Assembly (NCBI GenBank): GCA_030526225.1
Contig: JAUNDF010000039.1
Span: 5,740 to 19,090 of the forward strand
Direction: 5' to 3'
Source: Clostridia bacterium
GTDB taxonomy: Bacteria > Bacillota > Clostridia > Christensenellales > Aristaeellaceae
Length of the DNA: 13,351 nt
This document shows, piece after piece, positions 7,612-13,351 of the stretch (position 1 is its first letter; the number at the start of each line of letters is the position of its first letter). The position numbers and the translations under genes are program-made. The notes beneath the pieces were generated by a model. It worked only from the letters and a program-made list of their open reading frames with translations, was not told the DNA's origin and did not search any database.

Positions 7612-8465
7612 AGATTCTTGTAACCGGTGTAGCCGGACAGCTGGGCTACGATTGTGTCAAGCAGCTGGAGCATTTGGGCATCCCCTGCCGCGGTGTTGAC
7701 CGGGACGATTTCGACCTGACCGATGCGCAGGCCGTGATGAACTATGTGCAGGAGTACAAGCCCGATGCCATTATGCACTGCGCCGCCTATACCAATGTGG
7801 ACAAGGCCGAGACCGAGCCTCAGGTGGCTGCCGCCGTCAACGGCATGGGCACGCTGAACATGGTTCGTGCCGCCCAGAGCGTGGGTGCATCCCTGATGTA
7901 CATCTCCACCGACTACGTGTTCGACGGTGAGGGTGACCAGCCCTTTGAGGTTGATGCCCCCTACGGCCCCACCAACGTGTACGGCCTGACCAAGATGCAG
8001 GGTGAGGAGGCCGTGCGCAGCCTGATGACCAAGTATTTCATCATCCGCACCGCATGGGTCTTCGGCATGAACGGCCGCAATTTTGTCAAAACCATGCTGC
8101 GTCTGGGCGCCGAGCGCTCCAGCGTGAATGTGGTATGCGACCAGTTCGGCTCCCCCACCTACACCCCCGATTTGGCCCGGCTGATGTGCGAAATGATTAT
8201 GACCAACCGCTACGGCGTATATCATGCCACCAACGAGGGCTTCTGCTCCTGGGCTGATTTTGCCGCCGCCATCATGCAGCAGGGCAACCGCCGCTGCACC
8301 GTGCATCCCGTGACCAGCGAGGAGTATGCATCCGCCACCAAGCGCCCCGCCAATTCCCGCCTGAGCAAGGATGCGCTGGAGCGCGCCGGCTTCTCCCGGC
8401 TGCCCAGCTGGCAGAACGCCCTGTCCCGCTACATTGTGGAGCTGGACGAAAACGGAATGCTGTAA
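7608..8465 (+). CDS. rfbD: dTDP-4-dehydrorhamnose reductase (RmlD)
   Basis: The ATG at 7608 overlaps the rfbB stop (ATGA, 4-nt overlap, suggesting translational coupling). MKILVTGVAGQLGYD, ISTDYVFDG, YGLTKMQGE and the C-terminal RPANSRLS are RmlD motifs. The track start at 7515 lies inside rfbB and is rejected. Stop is TAA followed by TGA. Confidence 0.95.
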   Translation: MKILVTGVAGQLGYDCVKQLEHLGIPCRGVDRDDFDLTDAQAVMNYVQEYKPDAIMHCAAYTNVDKAETEPQVAAAVNGMGTLNMVRAAQSVGASLMYISTDYVFDGEGDQPFEVDAPYGPTNVYGLTKMQGEEAVRSLMTKYFIIRTAWVFGMNGRNFVKTMLRLGAERSSVNVVCDQFGSPTYTPDLARLMCEMIMTNRYGVYHATNEGFCSWADFAAAIMQQGNRRCTVHPVTSEEYASATKRPANSRLSKDALERAGFSRLPSWQNALSRYIVELDENGML

Positions 8466-8476
8466 TGAATTAAATC

Positions 8477-8516
8477 AGACAGCCGCATACCCTTCACGGC
8501 TGTCTTTTCCCTTTTT
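8477..8516 (+). terminator. Rho-independent terminator (or attenuating hairpin) after rfbD
   Basis: AGACAGCCG (8477-8485) pairs with CGGCTGTCT (8497-8505), a perfect 9-bp stem with an 11-nt loop, followed by TTTTCCCTTTTT. Confidence 0.65.
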
Positions 8517-8531
8517 ATCGGAGGAAGCTAC

Positions 8532-9431
8532 ATGAAAGCGCTGATACTCAATTCCGGCCTCGGCAGCCGCATGGGTGACCTGACCCGCCAGCACCCCAAG
8601 TGCATGACGGCCATTCACGGCGGCGAAACCATTCTGTCCCGCCAGCTGCGGCAGCTGAGCGATGCGGGCATCCGTCAGGTGGTGATGACCACCGGTGCCT
8701 TTGATCAGGTCCTGCGGGACTACTGTTCCTCTCTGGCACTGCCCCTGGACATCACCTTTGTGATGAATCCCCGCTACAGCGAGACCAACTATATCTACTC
8801 CATCTACTGTGCCCGGGAGCATCTGGCGGATGACATCCTGCTGATGCACGGCGATCTGGTGTTTGAAGATGCGGTGCTGGCCGATGTGATGGCCGCGCCC
8901 CACAGCTGCATGGCTGTATCCTCCACCCTGCCCCTGCCGGAAAAGGATTTCAAGGCCGTGGTGGAAGACGGACACATCACCCGGGTGGGCATCGAATTCT
9001 TCGACCATGCCATGGCCGCCCAGCCCCTGTACAAGCTGTGCAAAGAGGACTGGCTGCAGTGGCTGGATGCTATCGCCCGCTTTGTGGATGAAGGCACGGT
9101 GAAGGTCTATGCCGAAAACGCCTTCAATCAGGTATCCGATGCATGCCGCATCCTGCCCCTGGATGTTTTAGACAGCCTGTGCGGCGAGATTGATACCCCC
9201 GCCGATCTGGAGGCCATGAACGCCCGGCTGGACAGCAAAACCGTGTACATGTGCTTCTCCGCGGACATGATTCACTCCGGCCATGTGGCCATCATCCGCA
9301 AGGCTGCCCGTCTGGGACGGCTGGTGATCGGCGTGCTGTCCGACGAAGCGGTGGCCAGCTTCAAGCGCTTCCCCCTGATGCCCTATGAGGAGCGCCGCAG
9401 CCTATTTGCCAGCCTTGCCGGTGTCGATTAG
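8532..9431 (+). CDS. LicC/PntC-like nucleotidyltransferase domain plus the N-terminal half of a TagD-like cytidylyltransferase fold; ends at an in-frame TAG (upstream part of the 8532..10532 frame)
   Basis: GGAGGAAG SD lies 5 nt before the ATG at 8532. MKALILNSGLGSRMG...HPKCM is the NTP-transferase G-loop. ...NPRYSETNYIYSIY... and ...GEIDTPADLEAM resemble LicC. From aa ~237, TVYMCFSADMIHSGHVAIIRKAARLG carries the HxGH motif (9273-9284) of the cytidylyltransferase superfamily. TAG at 9429-9431 cuts this fold. Confidence 0.75.
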   Translation: MKALILNSGLGSRMGDLTRQHPKCMTAIHGGETILSRQLRQLSDAGIRQVVMTTGAFDQVLRDYCSSLALPLDITFVMNPRYSETNYIYSIYCAREHLADDILLMHGDLVFEDAVLADVMAAPHSCMAVSSTLPLPEKDFKAVVEDGHITRVGIEFFDHAMAAQPLYKLCKEDWLQWLDAIARFVDEGTVKVYAENAFNQVSDACRILPLDVLDSLCGEIDTPADLEAMNARLDSKTVYMCFSADMIHSGHVAIIRKAARLGRLVIGVLSDEAVASFKRFPLMPYEERRSLFASLAGVD

Positions 9432-10532
9432 GTGATTGAGCAGAAGCAGCTGGACTACACCGATGTCCTGCGTCAGCTGAAGCCCGATTATGTGGTCCAC
9501 GGCGATGACTGGCGCACAGGCTTTCAGGTGCCCGTCCGGGAGGCTGTGCTCCGCGAACTGGCCGTATACGGCGGCAAGCTGGTGGAATTCCCCTATTCCA
9601 AGGATGAAAAGTATGACGAGCTGGACCGCCGCACCCGCCTGCAGCTGGCCATGCCCGACCATCGCCGGGGCCGCCTGCGCCGTCTGCTGGCCATGAAGCA
9701 GCCTGTCACCTTCCTGGAGGCACACAGCGGCATCACCGGCCTGATTGCCGAAAAAACCACCATCTATCAGGATGGCAAGGCACATCAGTTTGACGGCATG
9801 TGGGTCAGCTCCCTGTGCGATTCCACCGCCAAGGGCAAGCCGGATATCGAGCTGGTGGATATGTCCAGCCGTCTGCGCACCATTGATGACATCATGGAGG
9901 TCACCACCAAGCCCATCATCCTTGACGGCGATACCGGCGGCCTGACCGAGCACTTTGTGTACACCGTGCGCACCCTGGAGCGCATGGGCGTATCCGCCGT
10001 CATCATTGAAGACAAAACGGGCCTGAAGAAGAACAGCCTCTTCGGCACCGAGGTGGAGCAGACGCAGGACAGCATCGAGAATTTCTCCGCCAAGATTGCC
10101 GCCGGCAAGCGCGCCCAGCGCACCCGCGACTTTATGATTATCGCCCGCATCGAGAGCCTGATTCTCGAGCGCGGCATGGAGGATGCCCTGACCCGCGCCT
10201 TCGCCTTTGTGGCCGCCGGTGCCGATGGCATCATGATTCACTCCCGCAAGAAGGATCCGGCAGAGATTTTCGAATTCGCCGAAAAATTCCGCGCCGTGGA
10301 CAAGACAACCCCCATCGTGGTGGTGCCCACCTCCTTTAACACCGTCACCGAGGAGGAATTCGCCGCCCGGGGCATCAACATCGTCATCTACGCCAATCAG
10401 CTGACCCGCAGCGGCTTCCCTGCCATGCAGAAGGCCGCCACCGCCATTCTGGAAAATCACCGGGCCAAGGAAGCGGATGACATGTGCATGTCCATCAAGG
10501 AAATCCTGACGCTGATTCCCGACGAAGTGTAA
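9432..10532 (+). CDS. aepX: C-terminal half of the TagD-like fold fused to phosphoenolpyruvate mutase (PepM/AepX); same frame as 8532..9431, true initiation unclear
   Basis: The frame continues directly after the TAG with GTG at 9432 and no SD. ...LKPDYVVHGDDWRTG completes the TagD-like fold. PepM motifs are present: LEAHSGITGLIAE, WVSSLCDS, ILDGDTGG, the PepM-specific EDKxxxxxNS motif (IEDKTGLKKNS, 10008-10037), ARIES and IMIHSRK. Stop is TAA. Confidence 0.8.
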   Translation: MIEQKQLDYTDVLRQLKPDYVVHGDDWRTGFQVPVREAVLRELAVYGGKLVEFPYSKDEKYDELDRRTRLQLAMPDHRRGRLRRLLAMKQPVTFLEAHSGITGLIAEKTTIYQDGKAHQFDGMWVSSLCDSTAKGKPDIELVDMSSRLRTIDDIMEVTTKPIILDGDTGGLTEHFVYTVRTLERMGVSAVIIEDKTGLKKNSLFGTEVEQTQDSIENFSAKIAAGKRAQRTRDFMIIARIESLILERGMEDALTRAFAFVAAGADGIMIHSRKKDPAEIFEFAEKFRAVDKTTPIVVVPTSFNTVTEEEFAARGINIVIYANQLTRSGFPAMQKAATAILENHRAKEADDMCMSIKEILTLIPDEV

Positions 10533-10547
10533 ACCATCCAATCCATA

Positions 10548-10588
10548 CAAAAACCGGCGTGTCATCTGCTCGACACGCCGGTTTCTTG
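10548..10588. terminator. Bidirectional rho-independent terminator between the convergent pepM and MATE genes
   Basis: ACCGGCGTGTC (10553-10563) pairs with GACACGCCGGT (10572-10582), a perfect 11-bp stem with an 8-nt loop. It is flanked by AAAAA on the left and TTTCTT on the right. Confidence 0.7.
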
Positions 10589-10589
10589 A

Positions 10590-11936
10590 TTATTCTCTTG
10601 CTTCCACATGAGCGAAGCGCCGCTCCACCTTTCGCATGGTGGAAATGATGCCGAAGGTCAGCACGGTGGTCATGGCAATCCAGCTGATGGGCTCCGTGAG
10701 GCATACGCCAAGGTAGCCAAGCCACGGCACCAGGAACATCACCGACAGCACCTTCACCGTCATTTCAAGCACACTGGTCACCAGCGGGATGATTTTCGCC
10801 CCCATGCCCTGCAATGTACACCGGAAGATAAACAGCGGACCCAATGCATAAAAGCACACCACGGCGATTTTGATATAGCGCTCGCCGTTGCGCAGGATAT
10901 CCGCATCATCCGAGGTGGCCACCCAGCCCACCAGCTGGCGGCCAAAGATGAAGGACACCAAAATCAGCACCGTGGTAATCACCGTGTCAATGGCCAGCGC
11001 ATGGCAAACGCCCTGCCGGATGCGGCGGATTTTGCCGGCGCCGTAGTTTTGGCTGACATAGGTGGTCATGGAAATGCCGATGGTGAAAATCATCACCATC
11101 AGGATATCCACAATCTTTCGGGCGGATACATGGGCAATCATCACCTGCGTACCAAGGCTGTTGATGCCGCTTTGCAGGATGATGGTGCCGATGTTGACGA
11201 TGCTCAGCATCAGCGCCATGCTCAGGCCGAAATTTGTCAGCTCCCGCACCTCGCGGCCCTGCAATGCGAAGTCATCCCTGCGGGGCAATACAGCGCCTTT
11301 GCACAGGATATACAGGCAGGACAGCGCCGCCATGGCCTGGGCAATCACCGTGGCAACCGCCGCGCCGCGGATGCCCATGTGCAGCGGGCCGCACATCAGC
11401 AAATCCAGCACCACATTGATGACGATGGCCGCAAACAGGCAGTACAGCGGCCGCTTGCTGTCCCCAAGGGCGCGCAGGGTGTTGGCGCACATGTTGTACA
11501 GCGCCACAAACACCTGACCGCCAATGATGATGGTAATGTACGCCATGGCATCATCCATGATGTGCGCCGGGGTTTTCAGCAGCTCCAGCACAGGCCGCGC
11601 CAGCACAAGGCCCAGCACCACCATCACCGCCGTCACAGCGCCTGTCAGCATCATGGTCCCTGCCACAGCGCGGCGCACACCGGCGGTGTTTTCCGCCCCG
11701 AAATGGCGGGCCGTGACAATGCCGAAGCCCTGGGTCAGGCCGTTGACAAAGCCGGTGAGCAGGTTCACCACCACCGCCGTTGCGCCAACCGCCGCCAGCG
11801 CATTGCCGCCCACGTACATGCTGACAATTTTGCTGTCCGTCATGTTGTAAATCTGCTGGGCCACGTTGCCAATCATCAGCGGAAGGGCAAACAGAAAGAT
11901 GACCTTCGCCGGGAAGCCCTTGGTTAAATCCTTCAT
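10590..11936 (-). CDS. MATE-family efflux transporter
   Basis: 448 aa with ~12 hydrophobic segments. The N-terminus ...FLFALPLMIGNVAQQIYNMTDSKIV... and the internal ...LRALGDSKRPLY... are typical MatE-repeat motifs. GAGGA SD lies ~8 nt upstream of the ATG at 11936. Stop is TAA. Confidence 0.9.
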   Translation of the reverse strand: MKDLTKGFPAKVIFLFALPLMIGNVAQQIYNMTDSKIVSMYVGGNALAAVGATAVVVNLLTGFVNGLTQGFGIVTARHFGAENTAGVRRAVAGTMMLTGAVTAVMVVLGLVLARPVLELLKTPAHIMDDAMAYITIIIGGQVFVALYNMCANTLRALGDSKRPLYCLFAAIVINVVLDLLMCGPLHMGIRGAAVATVIAQAMAALSCLYILCKGAVLPRRDDFALQGREVRELTNFGLSMALMLSIVNIGTIILQSGINSLGTQVMIAHVSARKIVDILMVMIFTIGISMTTYVSQNYGAGKIRRIRQGVCHALAIDTVITTVLILVSFIFGRQLVGWVATSDDADILRNGERYIKIAVVCFYALGPLFIFRCTLQGMGAKIIPLVTSVLEMTVKVLSVMFLVPWLGYLGVCLTEPISWIAMTTVLTFGIISTMRKVERRFAHVEARE

Positions 11937-11944
11937 TCAGCCGT

Positions 11945-12006
11945 CCTCACAAACAAAGATAAAGCCCCCTTGGGCTGCGCTTATTGTAGCGCGGCGCAAG
12001 GGGCTT
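11945..12006 (-). terminator. Candidate rho-independent terminator of the LRR gene (overlaps the MATE promoter)
   Basis: An ~18-bp interrupted hairpin pairs 11962-11980 with 11989-12006 (one mismatch, one bulged C, one G-U). On the minus strand it is followed by TATCTTTGTTTG. Confidence 0.4.
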
Positions 12007-12011
12007 GTCAA
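11983..12011 (-). promoter_or_regulatory. Near-consensus sigma-A promoter for the MATE gene
   Basis: On the minus strand: TTGACA (12011-12006), an exact 17-nt spacer, then TACAAT (11988-11983). The predicted transcription start near 11976 gives a ~40-nt leader. Confidence 0.5.
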
Positions 12012-12037
12012 TTGACCCGACACACGGAATTTTCGGT

Positions 12038-13018
12038 TTATTTCACTTTCTCGTATGGCAGATTCTGCTTCTTTGCGTACTTCTGCGCGTAGCTGCCGGA
12101 TTTGACCAGCAGTGTGGGCGGATTGGCCTGTTCAAAGGCAAAATCGCCGATTTTCTTCACCGACTTGGGGATGGCAATCTCCGTCAGCCTGCATCCGTAG
12201 AAGCAGCCCTCCATGATGGACTTCAGCCCCTTGCCGAGGGTAACCGCCGTCAGGCCTGTGCAGTCGGAAAAGCTGTACTTTCCCAGCGTTTCCACGCTGT
12301 CCGGGAGGATGATTTCCTTCAGCCCCGTGCAATAGGCAAAGCTGTAGTCCCCGATATCCGTTACCGTTTGGGGGATGGTGATTTGATTCAGCTGTTTGCA
12401 CCCATAGAAGGCGTAATTGCCCACGGTCATCACGCCGTCTATGATGGTCACCGCGGTGCTCATGCGCGCCGGAAGACAGCTCACCAGCCGCTGCTCCCAG
12501 GTGTGCATCAGCATGCCGGATTTGAACAGCAGCACCGGATGATCGTCGGTCAGGTAAATGTCCTTCAATGCAGGGCAATCCATGAAGGGGTTATCCCCCA
12601 CCTCGATCAGGGAGTAGGGCAAATCCACGGACTGCAAGCCGATACAGCCGGCATAGCAGAGACTGCCCATGGTTTTTACGCCCTCAGGCAAAGCCACGGC
12701 AGTGAAGCCCGTACAGCCCGCAAAGCAGCCATCCTCCAGCACAGACACGCTGTCAGGCAGGGTGATGTCCGTTAGTGCAGCGCACCCGCGGAAGGCATCC
12801 GCACCAATGCTTTCGATGCCCGATGGTACCGTATACTGCGCGGTATCCGTCCCGGACAGGAAGCAAATGAGCCGGTGATTCTGCCTGTCCGTCAGCGCAC
12901 CGCCTGCAAAGGCAAAGCGGGGATGATTGCCCGAAACCACGATTTCCTTCATCGCAGGGCAATTGGAGAAAGGATTGCCCTTGATTTCCTTCAGTGTATC
13001 GGGCAGCACCACGCGCAC
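12038..13018 (-). CDS. BspA-type leucine-rich-repeat (LRR_5) protein, C-terminal part; the frame is actually open up to 13066 and continues the 13067..13351 ORF
   Basis: It contains repeated ~23-25-aa units: ITLPDSVSVLEDGCFAGC, VALPEGVKTMGSLCYAGC, ITIPQTVTDIGDYSFAYC, IILPDSVETLGKYSFSDC, IAIPKSVKKIGDFAFE. The track start at 13018 is a GTG inside a repeat (..PNLVRVVLPD..) with no SD. Stop is TAA (12038-12040). Confidence 0.7.
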   Translation of the reverse strand: MRVVLPDTLKEIKGNPFSNCPAMKEIVVSGNHPRFAFAGGALTDRQNHRLICFLSGTDTAQYTVPSGIESIGADAFRGCAALTDITLPDSVSVLEDGCFAGCTGFTAVALPEGVKTMGSLCYAGCIGLQSVDLPYSLIEVGDNPFMDCPALKDIYLTDDHPVLLFKSGMLMHTWEQRLVSCLPARMSTAVTIIDGVMTVGNYAFYGCKQLNQITIPQTVTDIGDYSFAYCTGLKEIILPDSVETLGKYSFSDCTGLTAVTLGKGLKSIMEGCFYGCRLTEIAIPKSVKKIGDFAFEQANPPTLLVKSGSYAQKYAKKQNLPYEKVK

Positions 13019-13066
13019 AAGGTTGGGACAGTCGATGAAAACGCCCTCGTCAAGGGTGACAACGCC

Positions 13067-13351
13067 CTATGGAATGGTCACAGAGCGCACGGATTCGTTG
13101 TATGCAAAGGCTTCTGTCCGGATGCCCGTCACCTGCCGTCCGTCCATTTTGGCAGGAATGACCACATCCTCCGTCTCTTCAAACTGGCTGTAGTAAGAGA
13201 TGACCGCCGTCTTCCCTTTTTGGGGGATGTAATAGTACGCTCCGCACTCCTTGTCGTTCAGATCCTCGTTCAGGGCCGCCATGGCCTGCATCGGCAGACA
13301 CAGGGACACGGACAGCAAAATCGAAAGCACCAGAGCAATCCATTTCCTCAT
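13067..13351 (-). CDS. Signal peptide plus first LRR unit of the same BspA-type protein; ends at an in-frame TAG (13067-13069)
   Basis: The ATG sits at the window edge (13351-13349). MRKWIALVLSILLSVSLCLPMQAMA/A is a Sec signal peptide. VVIPAKMDGRQVTGIRTEAFAYNESVRSVTIP is the first LRR unit. The gene is in the same frame as 12038..13018 (13351-13018 = 333). Confidence 0.7.
   Translation of the reverse strand: MRKWIALVLSILLSVSLCLPMQAMAALNEDLNDKECGAYYYIPQKGKTAVISYYSQFEETEDVVIPAKMDGRQVTGIRTEAFAYNESVRSVTIP

Noticed and set aside
9432-9500. A possible recoding hairpin (PYLIS/SECIS-like) downstream of the TAG in the pepM frame. CAGCTG at 9447-9452 could pair with CAGCTG at 9473-9478, with inner GAC/GTC pairs.
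   Set aside because: The stem is only ~6+3 bp with a large internal loop and rests on the self-complementary CAGCTG hexamer. No comparable structure follows the LRR TAG. This is not convincing as a recoding signal.
1-13351. A search for mobile elements, an integration site, CRISPR repeats, toxin-antitoxin pairs, restriction or defence genes, and tRNA, rRNA or riboswitch-like RNAs.
   Set aside because: I recognised no transposase, integrase or recombinase motifs, no spaced direct-repeat array and no tRNA-like cloverleaf. The only AT-rich patches are short promoter regions. The window looks like core chromosome rather than an accessory island.

Overview
GC-rich, Clostridia-like chromosomal segment (the taxon is a guess from codon style, possibly Oscillospiraceae/Ruminococcaceae). 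I trust about 13 reading frames. They are the 3' end of a GNAT acetyltransferase, a flavin-reductase-domain protein, a membrane-anchored metallophosphoesterase, and an orphan family-1 ABC solute-binding protein followed by galactokinase. Next come a complete dTDP-L-rhamnose operon (rfbA-rfbC-rfbB-rfbD), a long frame encoding LicC/PntC-like nucleotidyltransferase + TagD-like cytidylyltransferase + PEP mutase, a convergent MATE exporter, and a secreted BspA-type leucine-rich-repeat (LRR) protein. I recognise no tRNA/rRNA, CRISPR array, transposase, integrase, phage or defence gene; most of the window is ordinary envelope and sugar metabolism. Three things deserve a second look. (1) Two unrelated genes, the NTase-CTase-PepM fusion and the LRR protein, are each interrupted by exactly one in-frame TAG. 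In both cases the same protein domain continues seamlessly across the stop and the downstream part has no initiation signal. All 12 genuine gene ends in the window use TAA or TGA, never TAG. This could be amber read-through, suppression or recoding, or simply two GAG-to-TAG nonsense mutations. (2) The PEP mutase, the committed step of phosphonate biosynthesis, has intact catalytic motifs but no adjacent phosphonopyruvate decarboxylase or other pull enzyme. It sits directly behind the rhamnose operon. (3) A ~113-nt nested-palindrome element, two inverted ~44-nt modules with compensatory inner hairpins, is inserted in the rfbC-rfbB spacer. The many long antisense ORFs in the track are GC-driven artefacts.
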